The notes beneath the pieces are model-generated. The model searched no databases. It was given only the letters and a program-made list of their open reading frames with translations, and was not told the origin of the DNA. Shown piece after piece: positions 33,279 through 45,900 of a stretch of 64,000 bases of DNA (its first letter is position 1; every line of letters starts with the position of its first letter). Made by a program: the position numbers and the translations under genes. The DNA lies in NCBI RefSeq assembly GCF_000002075.1, contig NW_004797720.1:525813-589812 (forward strand). The letters run 5' to 3'. This DNA comes from Aplysia californica (taxonomy: Eukaryota).

Positions 33279-34294
33279 CAAGAAAAGTTACAACAATCAA
33301 CATTTCTTTCATTAAAAAAACCCACAGCCAAGCTCCTTCCTTCCTCCAACAAATTCTGTGAATCTCCAGGGCATGACATTGTTACCCTCAACAAAAATCT
33401 AAATATGAACACAAAACTTTCAGATGTGAAGTAAACAAACATGACAAAAAGCAGTCATGGTGACTTAAGGCAAGCGTACTGCAAAAAGCTGAGCTCAAAA
33501 ATGACACCTGAAACAGTCAGTAGGTTGCAATTTTTTTTTGCAATGCTGTTATGCGAGAGTGCTATTACAGAATATAGATGAACAGTGAACGTTTGCATAG
33601 GAGATTATGACTGATGACTGCAGTAGTTACGAACATCACACTCAGCGAACAGGTCAACTGTACATTACTTAGTCTTCTTATCATTATTGGTCATTACATT
33701 GAACTCACTACTTTCGTCATATTTAGGTCATAGAAGAGAATTCATGATATATGAAAAGTGCACAGACAACACAAAGATATACCAGTCAGAACCCCACTAA
33801 ACGCAGCGTAGGGAGCAAAGATCACAATTTTAAGACGACAATGTTGACAAGGGCAAAACACATGTCGCATATTTACACAACGCACCTAGTAACATGTTAC
33901 TTCTCAATATGACACCATTATTAGGCTTAGAAAAAACAACCGGACACTGTCTTTCTCAATTATTTTACATTTTGAGCATGGTAAGTTACAGCATCCATGC
34001 AAGGAATTGACATACTTAGGCTTTACATCTAGGCTTTGACATAAAATAATGAACTACAGGGGAGTTCTATTTCAAACCGAAATCTGCAGGACCGCTCGAT
34101 TTTCTTCTGGTCTTCAGTTTAGAGACATTGTTTGAATAAGAGAAAGAAAAATCAGAATGTAATGTTACTTTCACTTTCAGTGTACCCATGTTTTTGGATG
34201 AATCATGTTCAGTTCAAGCAGACTACTGTATGTTCAACTACGAAAAAGGCCAGCATAAGACCTATGAGCGGCTTGAAAAACAGTTCTTGCTATC

Positions 34295-34420
34295 AGTTTA
34301 GTTTCAGTAAGAGTTTTACAGCAATTGCAACACAATTATGTCATATAAGTGCCAAAGATTACAGATGTTCCAAAAGAGTAACATACAAAGAAAGGAGAGA
34401 TAAGGATGACAGATGTTTCT
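34295..34420 (-). mobile_element. SINE family A, degenerate partial copy
   Basis: GAGTTTTACAGCAATTGCAACACAA...GGAGAGATAAGGATGACAGATG matches the reverse consensus. Confidence 0.7.
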
Positions 34421-35761
34421 GTGTCAATCTGCCCTTTTAGGAACAATGTTGGCATCGACAAAGACCAATGAGTAATGCTGACGTCGCCCCTTATTCTGAC
34501 AGACAAGCTCGATGAGTACCAGGGAAACTATTGCACCGTGCCGATAGGACGCCTGCACCACTTGGGCCAGTCTGAACACACACAGTTTGCCGACTTCTTT
34601 TTCTGTTTGTTACTCTTTGTCAACATTCTGGCTAAAAAATGATAGATGGGTCACAAAAGGTACAGATTCAAACACTTTGTTAAATATATTTCAGTTAATA
34701 CAATGATTGTCATCTTAAAAACAGAGCAAAAGGCCTCAAGAAATTTGGCAAAATAATCTTGTAACTGGTATAGACAAACGACTTTTTCACTCTCATTAAC
34801 AATAAAAGTAATTGCATAAGAACTTGATACCAGCAAAAGCCTTGATGAGGGAAATCGACAGAGATAACATGGTCTAATCATCCTGCACAGGTGTATGAAT
34901 AAGTTACCTGCATAAAAGCAGCAAATTCAGCAAAAGAAAGAACTTATCCTTTACAAGCATTAAGTCTAAATATATACCATCTATAAACTGCTCAAGTTCT
35001 ATTCTCCATTGCCATCACTGCGATTGGTCCGCCCAGATCTGAGCTCAGCATGTCATGTGTTCAATACAATTCTAAATATATATACAGCACTCTGTGAGCT
35101 TATAGAGAAACCACAAAAGCCCACCTTCACAAACACCAACGCTCCAACACAACAATAAAAAAGGACCCTTTGGATTTCTTCACAAAGAAATTTCCCCAAA
35201 CTCGAACTGCGGGTATGGATTGCAACACAACACGGAAGCCCATTGCACCAATTTACGACAAACAACAGCAAAGAGCAGAATGTCTCCTGGACCAAACCCT
35301 GTCAATAAGTAAGGAAGTAAAGATTTCACCAGATGAACTAATTATACAGGTAAAGAAATCACAGAGCACAAAAGTTTTCAATCACAAGCCGGTAAACAAT
35401 TGCATTGCAGCTACATGTGTACATGGAGAATAAATATTGTTTGGGAAAATACTGCACCTATATCAGACAGCTACACAAGGAGCAAAAGTACACTTGTGGG
35501 GCAGAAACAACCCATAAAAAAGAAATTGAGAGATTTTTTAAAAACACCAAAAAAAACACCAAAACTAACCTTACAAAAAACGATGGAAATTATCTCAACA
35601 TAAAACACTTCTAGCTTGACTTGCTTGAAAGATAAAATCTATACAAACGTAAATGATACGTAGCAGAGACACGGTGCCTGTATGTAATAGCCTCAAAAGC
35701 CTCCTGTGCTGAGATAAATTATGAAATCTTATATCTATAGTGTTACTCTAACTGAGAAAAA

Positions 35762-35977
35762 NNNNNNNNNNNNNNNNNNNNNNNNNNNNNNNNNNNNNNN
35801 NNNNNNNNNNNNNNNNNNNNNNNNNNNNNNNNNNNNNNNNNNNNNNNNNNNNNNNNNNNNNNNNNNNNNNNNNNNNNNNNNNNNNNNNNNNNNNNNNNNN
35901 NNNNNNNNNNNNNNNNNNNNNNNNNNNNNNNNNNNNNNNNNNNNNNNNNNNNNNNNNNNNNNNNNNNNNNNNNNNNN
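35762..35977. other. Assembly gap
   Basis: N run. Confidence 1.
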
Positions 35978-37370
35978 CCAGCTACTGAGACATACCAACA
36001 CCTAAACAATAACAAGGAAAAGGCAGAATGAATCAAAATTGGTGCTCAGAACGTTTGCAGGGGAGCATAAATAATGCTTGATCAGTCACATCGATGCTCA
36101 TTGCAAATGAAGAAACCCTCAGGGTTAAAAGACTACTGGCACAGTATGGCTGGCCCCTTACATTACAAAAGAAAAGCAAGAAATAGTAAAAGAGACAGGT
36201 ACAAATTCTGAATCAAAATATTTGCAGTTTGGATCACAATTGTTTAGACTAGGACATAAGACACTTCGCCAATATCGAGAAGCAGTATATCACTATAAAA
36301 AAGCAATTTGTAAATCCCAAGAGCTTTCCAATTGTCTCAAACTTCCATCACAATTTGGACTAATTTCTTCAAAGTTGAAAACAATTGACACGTTTGCTTT
36401 TGAAAAAAATGTCAGAAACTCACTATTATTATAAAAGATTCATTCAAATACAATGTTGACAGCTACAACAGTAGCAAAATTATTTAATAACCAGGTACTC
36501 TAAGTGCATATTTTTTTGCATGACTAAGTATTTTTCAACTTCCTTAAAACTTCTTTAAAAAACAGCTGTTTTTACGATGTGAAACTCTTCCCCGGGATTC
36601 CATCTCCTCCTATCAATGCACACCCTTAGAAGAATGCAGAAATTAATTGCTTAAGTAGTGGATTTCAATATGAACAAATAAATACATACTCAGGGTGGAT
36701 GTTGACTAGAAGAAAAAGAAAGTAATGAGGTAATACCTCTGTAAACAAAATGTTTCAGAGTATAATAGGCTCACATCTACAACAAACGCAATGCTCCTAT
36801 AACAAAAGTAAGAAGACTACAAATGATCACAGAACAGAGTGCCAAGTGAAAAAAAAAAAAAAAAGACTTTCCTTTTCAGTCGGTGGCTGGCCTTCTTTAG
36901 TATAAAATCTAAAACATGGAACTACAATATAGCAAATACAAAAAAAAGAAGACTAATTTCAGGACTTAGTCCTGGGCCGAATCAACCATACTGATTGTGA
37001 CAACCGAGTGCACACATAAGAAAGAACTGTTTGGACATATAATACGACATGCTACTCAGGGTATGCAGCTACAAAAGTACGCTTTTCATCCCGTGTCTTT
37101 CAAGCATCACTCACCAGCAGATAAAGGAACATGATCAAAATTACAGAATAAGATATAAGAGAGAATACATTGATCCCAGCCAGACAAGGCCGTAGAGCAG
37201 CTCGCTGCTTTAACATGAGTGTTTTCACCTTGACAATGATACACAAAGACTAAACCATACTGTATTGAAAATATCGAAAAAGTCCCAGTCACATGACAAG
37301 TCAGAGAATTTCCATGGCATCTGTTTCATGATTAAACCTCAACCCCCTCCCCCACCTTCACCCCATAAAT

Positions 37371-39976
37371 TTACACAAATCTAGGGGTTCTGTCTTGAGA
37401 AAGCTTCCCCGTTGTTGATGTTGGTGTTGTCACAGGCGAGGATGAGGATGTCGCTGTTGTGGCTGTCGTGGTACTAGATGACAGCTGTGCTGGCCGGGAG
37501 GAGCTGGTCTTTCCAGCACTTGAGGCACTAGACTTGCCTGTGGTCTGGCTTGGTGATGGTTTTTCCTGCTGACATCTCTCATGAATCCTCCGTGGACTGC
37601 CCGAGGACCCCACAGCGCCCCCACTACTGCCACTAGACGTTTTCCTCAGTACTGGCTTTGTCGGCGTCCGACTTGAAGACGCACTTACTCCCTCACCCGA
37701 AGGTTTTCGTTGCCGAGATGACAAAGAAGAAGATGAGGACTGAGACGTTGAAGAGGAAGAAAATCTCTCTACTCGAGCAGCCACATCTCCTTTCGGTGGT
37801 GATCCAGTCTTTGGCCCGCTGCCAGAGCTCTTCAGGGTGGATCTTGTAGAAAAAGCAGCAGGGGAGTCGGTGCTCCTACCAGACAACTTCTTAGCCAAGG
37901 GGGAACCAGACTTTGGGGTGGCAGACGGGCTAGATCCTTCACCCGACTGTTTGGCTGAACTCGACGTCGATGCTCGAGTGGAGGAGGGAGAAGAGTTTTG
38001 GTCGGCAGCAGTTCTCTTCGTCAGGGAACAAGCAGCTGGAGATGATAGCGGTCTGGTGGAAGACGGGGTGGAGCCACTACCAACCTTTGGTGAACCTTTC
38101 CCCGGGGAAGAGGCTGGACTCGACTTCTTTGTGAACACAGTGGATGGCATAGCCAGCGCTCTGCCCCGCCCAACTCCTGGTCTGACTCCTCCCTCGGAGA
38201 TGGTGGAAGTTTTTTGCCGAGGGCTACTTTGACCGTCGCTCTTTGAGGTATCAGACTTGGACCTGGCCCCAGTTTTACTCTGCCCTACAGAAGTATGACT
38301 GCTTGCTGACGAGCGGCTGGACACAGGAGAACCTGAAGCCTTTGTGGTGGATTTTTTCACTTCAGGTGAAAACATTCCTTGTTGTGCAGCACAACTCTCT
38401 TTAGGCGTCTCCAACTTTTCTTCACACTCCATTTTCATCTCAACTTCCTGTGGTGATTCTGTCTTCGGCTTGACTTCCTCTGCTGATTGTGGTGTCGGCT
38501 TAGGTTCCTGGGGCACCATGTGACTTGAAGCAGACAAGGCACAACCACCGCTTAATGCATCGTCAAACAGCCCGGACTTTCTTTTCACCTTCGGGGAAGA
38601 GCTTGTACTTGCCCGCGGGCTTACAGCACCAGTGACCAATACTTGATCAGATTCAGACTTCTTGTCATCCTCGGGCCCCGTTATCTTCGCGTCCGACTTG
38701 ATGGCCATAACTAGCTTTCTCTGTTCTAGCTTGAACTGGTCAGCTCGTTTGTCTCCCTTATCACCACGCTTTGCGCCCATGCCATGGCGCGGGATGGTAG
38801 GACTAGTGGGTATACGGCTGGGCATCTCTCTACGCTTTATGGTGGGACTCGCGGGTAAAGTGACAGCGGGAACTGGCCCTTCCTCCGCTCCGCCTGTCTC
38901 AGAGCCATCAGACGTTGGGCTCATTGGCTTGCTCACCGTTGGGATCGGCATTTCCTCCAGGACAGATTTCCGCGAGGAGAAACCTCTGTTATCTACCATA
39001 GGTTGTCTCAGGACGGCCGAGGGTTTGCCTGTAGCTGCGGCATTTGGCGCAGCTGATGATGATGACGACGATGATGATGGTGGTGGTGGTGGTGGTGGTG
39101 CTTCCGGCACATTCTGCACAGGTTGGTCAGTTGTTGAGACAGGAACAGGCTCTTGTTCTGCTGTGACTGCTGTTGTTGTTTCTGTATGCGAAGGACTGCT
39201 GCTATCTACCACTGCATCTGCAGGTACAACATTCATCTTGGGCATGCATGGGAGGCTGTGTGTGACAGGGAGACCACCACTAGAGACCAGGTTTATCTTG
39301 GGGTAAAAGTTGTCGCCTGTCTCCTCCACACTGGGAGCTTTGGTCAGGTATTTAATGTTCTCCAGCTGGTGAGAGTGGGCTTTCTTCCTGGCCAGCTCCT
39401 CCAGCTTCTGTTTTTCCCCTGCCGAGCATTCAGTGTTTCCTTCCTCTCCAGACGGTTTCGTCTCCACTGACAACTTGGCAACCTCTTCCGTCATCGGAAC
39501 AGGGGACTTTGACATTCCTCTGGTCTCCAAATCCTGGCTACTGAACGATCCAGTGGAAGCGGAGGTGGTGAGGGAGTGGTAGCCTAATGTGGAGGAGAGC
39601 TGGGAGGAGGTAAAGCTGCTGGAAGACCTCAGCAGGGAGGCCGCCATACCAGAGGCAGCGGAGGAGAGGGCAGAGGCCATGTCCGTGCCCGAACTGTCGG
39701 AGGCGCCGGGGACAGAGGCGGAGGAGGTCATCATCTGGCTGGGGTAAGTGCGGTGCGAGACCAGGGGGGAGGAGGCTGACTTGGTCACGGTGGGCTTCTT
39801 TAGGTAGGGCTCTGACTGCGGTGTCGATGAGCTCTCTTCAGTCGCAGGCTGCGCCGTGGAGGTGCCACTGGTTCCTGGCACTGGGGACAGATAGGGTAAA
39901 GCAGACATAGAGTCAAAGAAATCACTACTTGGGACTTGAAGTCTCGTTTGCAATCTGTTCAGTTGGTATTCCTTGA
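37371..39976 (-). CDS. RhoGAP terminal exon, 2606 nt, Ser/Pro/Lys-rich disordered tail ending PRFV
   Basis: Contains the 860-aa ORF-track frame; acceptor gtttttttgatcag| at 39976 gives the required phase 1. Confidence 0.9.
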
Positions 39977-42900
39977 CTGATCAAAAAAACACTGGATACC
40001 ATAACAAAAAAATCTTTTTAGCCATGTATAACATTCCTAGTTATTACAAATCACATTTTGTCCAACAACTTAAATCTATGCTCAGTATCTTCCTCTCACA
40101 TAGCCATACAAATACCTTTAAAGGTTTCACATTGAAAGTGAATCAGATACAAGCCAAATAAAACTTTTGTTTCTGATATTCAGTCATTATTTAGTCATCT
40201 ATTCTTTAATCTGTGCTACCACCAAAAGTTGGATACACTTTTCCAGTATCAGGACCAATGTTCAATGTCTTTTGAACCAATCAATGCTGTTATGAAATTT
40301 CTAAAATATCCTTTTGGCTTTTGTATGACAATTCTTTTGCACACAGCTGATGAAAGCTTTATCATGGTGCATTCAATAATGACTCTCTCTAAAAGCTTCA
40401 ACCACCAAGCACTACAAGTTTGAGCCTAAGAGCCCAACTAAGGACATGACACTAATATTATCTCAATCGAGAAAACACTTCACAAAATAATGATTAATCA
40501 TTACAACTAATAAAGCATATTAAAATACTCAATTAACAACACATCAATTTTCTAGTAATGCTCTCCACATGGGAGTCTTTCAAAATCAGTGTCTGGATAA
40601 GATTAAAAAACGAAGGATAAAATTGTTCCGAATGAGCCAAAGAGATCCAATACTTGTGGATTGTGTTCACTCAAACACTAATCAACTTGCTTTACATGTT
40701 TCCTTTTCTGACACTCCTGTCAAAGAAATAAAATCATTCATTTACTTTATTGAACTGATCATATGCGGCCTCAGCATCATAAATAGTTTGAAATACAGTC
40801 TGAAAGGTTCAGGTTCAGTTGGCCAGGTCTATCTCTCATATCTCAAAAGTAGTAAGATGTACTCTAAATTAGCGCATAATCGCTTTCAAATTCAAAATTG
40901 TTCCTCACGAAATGAGAGACTCACAAAATGGAAAAACTCAATGGTATTTTTAAAAAATAGCTTCATTATCTTCGACTCATCTCTCAAATAACTGCAAACT
41001 GACAACCAACCACAGCTCAAGCGCTATATACATGCATGTACACCTCCACTCCCACAGTAGACAGAACCCATTGCCATCAGGTTATAGAGAGTGCTGTACA
41101 CTCAGATGTACACATAGATGGATAGATGTATTGCACAGATGCTCTATATTCACAGAATGTCAGAGCTAAGGAATCCCAACAACCAGGAGACAAGAGTTTG
41201 GGACAGTCGCTTCTAGCTGAAAAAGGAAGGCTTTTACAAATCTAACACAAGAATGGCATGACAAACATAACAGTTTCAATTACTTTGGTCAATTCTAAAG
41301 AATGGATCAGAAGAAAACCACACAGAGTACCCTTCTCTGGGAGAGCTTTTACTGTGCTCCTTGATATAATAGGAAAACACATTTCTTTTAAAAAACACAC
41401 TAGGAAGGGCATGAAATGACTCAATCAGCATGCAAGCCTGCTGTAAGGAGAGGGGGAGGTTGTAATCTATAACTTGTACATGAGTCATGCTGTAACTCAA
41501 CACATGTTAATAAAGTCACAAGTTCTAGAGTCAGTTCCAAGTTTGTTGCATGAGCAAAGATTTGGGAGGGCATTACTCAAATACATGAGATCCAAAAGCT
41601 TCCACTGCACAGCGGGCATGTTAAACTGCACAGCGGGCATGTTAAACTGCACAGCGGGCATGTTAAACTGCACAGCGGGCATGTTAAACTGCACAGCGGG
41701 CATGTTAAACTGCACAGCGGGCATGTTAAACTGCACAGCGGGCATGTTAAACTGCACAGCGGGCATGTTAAACTGCACAGAGGGCATGTTAAACTGCACA
41801 GCGGGCATGTTAAACAAGGTGTTTGACTTCATTGCAAAGTCCCTTTGATGACAGATTGAAGACAGTCAGGGAAACTACAGGACTTACAAGTGAGAGAAAA
41901 ATAATGCCAAATGACTCTGTCAAACCACAGCTCATGCAAACAAAAAAGGGATATTAAAACACCAATTTCACTCAAACTTTTCTCAGCATCTTTGTAGCAA
42001 ATATTTAGTCCTGTCAGTTTCCTACCAATAATTCTAAAAAGAGAAAAAACAACATCTATGCAGGAGCAAAACCCAAAATACCATATCACAGCTAGGCAGA
42101 GACAGACAAAGGGGAGGTGGTAAATAAAGGGGAATGACAGAAGTAGAGAGGAAGAGCAGAGGTAGAAAAACACACAGGCAACAGAAAGAAAGTGACAGAC
42201 AAAAAGACAGTGTAAATGGGAAGTATCTGCCACCTGGTGAACACTGTATTTAGTCAAGTATCTGCCACTTGGTGAACACTGTATTAAAGTCAGAGAACAA
42301 CAAAAGTTGCTTGTTTCAAACCTTGGTTTTTGGCAACTTTTTAAGCTGACCAACAGAATGGCCCGTTTAATACCCACAAAGATTTTCTTTTGCTATTTCA
42401 CTTTAAACGTTTATTACAAAAAAAGACATGGACTATTTATTTTCTCATCAGATCTTTCTCTTCTTCACAAACAAAGTATTAGTTAATTGGTCATGTGCAT
42501 CAACAGTATTTTTATAACCTCATTACAACCATTTCAAAATTAAGATATTCAACTGCACAATTCAGAATATCCGAGGCATCATATTTAGAACAATCCCTTT
42601 ACCAAGCTTTGCTGATAATGAAACACAAGTAAGACTCAGCTCCCTTCTGCCTTCGTTTTGTTATACAAATTTATCTCTTATGAAACAACAGACAGCACAC
42701 ATGAATTGAAAATCTGCCTCTCCATAATCATTTGAACAAACTTCTTTCAAATGTTGATAAGCTGTTGTCTGTGGGTGTGGCTAGACACGCGCCAGTCCCA
42801 TTTCAAACTTGTCTAGTGTACACACGTATTTTCAATCATACTTTTTCCTAAAACTGCTGTAAAAAAATTGCGCCCATAGAGTGCGCTCCCTCTTTGAGAC

Positions 42901-45900
42901 CAAGCACTTTACTCAACATAATCCAATGAAAACTCAACTAAATGGAAAAAAGAGTACAAGAAGAAAAATTCAACAGCCATCCTTAATTTATTCACCAGAG
43001 ACGATACATGCTTGAGGAACGAATAAAGTCATACTTCGAAAAGACCCAAGGGCACCACTCACCCTCTAGAAGCTAAAAGTTTCTTTCCCTTCATGCAGCT
43101 ACACAGCTACACACCACGACTCATTAGACCTACCACAAACTGACAATGTGTTTTTACACAACAGCGTCATAATGACACATATGAGTGCTTTAATGCTGAA
43201 AAAAAGACACATCTATTAGTGACACACAAGCAGGTTACACTGATACATCAACACCTCAAATCACAAACAAACAAAACTCACACAAAAACAAAAGAAAAAA
43301 CTTTGAAAAAACAACCCAAGAATAACTACTGATATAAATGATGAGGAAGAAGAAAGACGGGGAAAAAAAGATAAAAGAAGAATGAATCTACAGGTTGAAG
43401 ACGCTGGTTCACAGCAAATCACTCCAACTGATAAAACACTCGAGAGGTTATGGTAAAACTCCAAGTACCCAGCTCACTGCAAACTTTTGAACACAGCAGT
43501 GAGGTTATTGCAACAGACAGTCTGGTGTGGGAAGATTGCTTTTCAGTAGCAGTGAGGGATCAGTAGTAGATGAAAATGGTTTGTAAAATGTAAGTAGAGG
43601 AAAGTGTTATTATTTTTTAAATTGTACAAGGGAACAGCCTAGATGAGGTGGACATGCATTGAGTATGTGGGGGGTGGGTGTAGATCTATAAAATGTTTCG
43701 ATGTACCTTTTTTCAAGGAAGAAGTTTTTTAAACTTCTGTTAGAGGATTAGAAAGTGACAAAAAAAATTAATATAATAAACAACACAAACTACTTGTTTT
43801 TATAAACTTTAAAAAAAAAAGAAAATTATCGTTTCTACATGACCTGACTAAAACGGTAATAATCTTTAACTCATATGAACTATGCCACATAAAACTAAGA
43901 CATTTTGCTCCTCAAACAAACTGACTCAGGGACAGAAACTTTCTTGAATTCTTAAAAAAGACATAAAAGTCAAAAAGCAATACAAATATTTTTTCATCAC
44001 TTCTTAAATACATTTATTGAAATTTGAAAAGTATGACTCTTCATTTTTTGGGTGACAAAGCACCAGGGAAAAAAAAAGAAAATCAGTGACATGAACATTT
44101 CAGATAAAACAAGGACTGTTGTTTGCTTGAAATTTTCTCCTAGAGACTAAAGTCAAACTTGGCACTTGGAGCTGCACCAGTACCTGAAATGCATCTCGGG
44201 CTCAAAGCCACACTCAGCGGCTCTGACTGAGGTTTTGATTGGTCGGGCAGAAGGAGGTCAGCCGGGTCATCGTCCTCGTCCAACCTAGACTCCGCCCATT
44301 CTAACTCTAAGCCTGGCAGGGAAAGACTTCACATGAGCTTTGACATGCCTCCTCCATGCACAGAATCAACAAACTTTTACAACAAGCTTTTACAACAAGC
44401 TTTTACAACAAACTTTTACAACAAGCTTTTACCTTCCAAAACACGGACATAATAAAGCCTGCGTTTTGCCTTCACAGCACCTAGGCAGTACAAAGTTATT
44501 TTCAAACACAGGACTGCAGTCCCTATCGATCCAGGTATCATATTTGTGACAAACATGATATTAACAAAAACGGCGGCCATCATATTATGAGTGCATGCTA
44601 TGAGGGGTAGCTAAAAAAAAAAACAACTACAAAATAAGATGTGTACGATGCACTCCATGCCCATACAAATTCTTCTTGAAGCTGACCATCTACTCAATAT
44701 TTAGATTAACTGCGGCTGCTAAAACCCTTAAAACTAATGGTAAAGTAACTAGCCGTAGGACTAAAACAAAAATATTGTTTTATGAAATGTAGCCCCCACA
44801 GACAGTTTGTTAAAAATTATTTTATCCTGAGTACACTTAAGTAAACAACATGCACACAATAACAAACTCATACCACACTCGTACAACAGTTATCTAACAA
44901 ATTACAATTATTAAAAAGACATTTTCACTTTCAAATACAACATCTGTCAATGTGCTTTAGGGTAACATGCAGGGAGAAAATAAGAACCAAAAGGAATTTT
45001 TTAAAAGGAACAATAGAAATTCCCTCTACAGTTGGCACTGTAGAGACACAGAAACGAATGAGTCTCAATAGCTGAATGCACACGCAACAGTCCATTCATA
45101 ATTACCATTGACAGAGAGATTCTGACAGTCCTGCAATTCCTGACTAACAGAGCCAGGGAGGAGATATTCAGAGGCACACGGCTGCAAATGGGTAAGAGTG
45201 TGTGAGGCAAATTTACAAACAAAACTTACGAACATTCAACTAGAACAAAAAGGCAAGAGAGTAAGTAAAACCATTGTGGGTAATTGAATATCATTTGGGT
45301 GAAACATTAATTTCTTAAAGTGTCATTTGTTTGTGTTTCTGAAGCAACATGACAAAAAGTAATTTTTGTATAAGGGAAAGCAGGAGGGCCATGTTTACAG
45401 CAACAAACCATGATAAAAGAGAAACTTGTACAAAATCGAAAAAAAAAAAATGTAGAAACCTTGAACAACTGGTTGATATTTGAAAGGCTATACCAGCAAA
45501 ACCAATAAGTCTACAGCATAGACACATCTACAGCTCAGATGTCACAGCTTCCTCTGGTAAATGCAAAAAAACAACTAAACTAAAAGAACATAAAACTATT
45601 GACAAATCCTGAAAAAATTCGCAAAGGATTATTGGTACAAGGAACAATGGTCATACATGGACAACAGGTAAAAATTACTTTTCAAAAGGCACAACAATGA
45701 AGCTAGATGCAAAAAAGGGGGCTGGGATTCAGTGGGGTGGGAATGGAGAACAGGGCTTCGGGGTCCGGGTAGGGGCGGGAACTAAAAAAAAGACAAGAAA
45801 CTGTGAGTTGTTTTCTGACTGACCTGTGTGGCACTGGAAGCTGCTGAAGGGACCGCTGGTTCACTGACCACCACCGCAGCCTGACTCTCCGCCTGGGAGC

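Noticed and set aside
37837-39470. Plus-strand ORFs of 105-214 aa
   Set aside because: Antisense shadows of the low-complexity RhoGAP terminal exon.
43063-43072. 10-nt micro-exon of the RhoGAP
   Set aside because: Only needed if the last exon started at 39954; the stronger acceptor at 39976 already restores the frame, and the pyrimidine tract here is poor.
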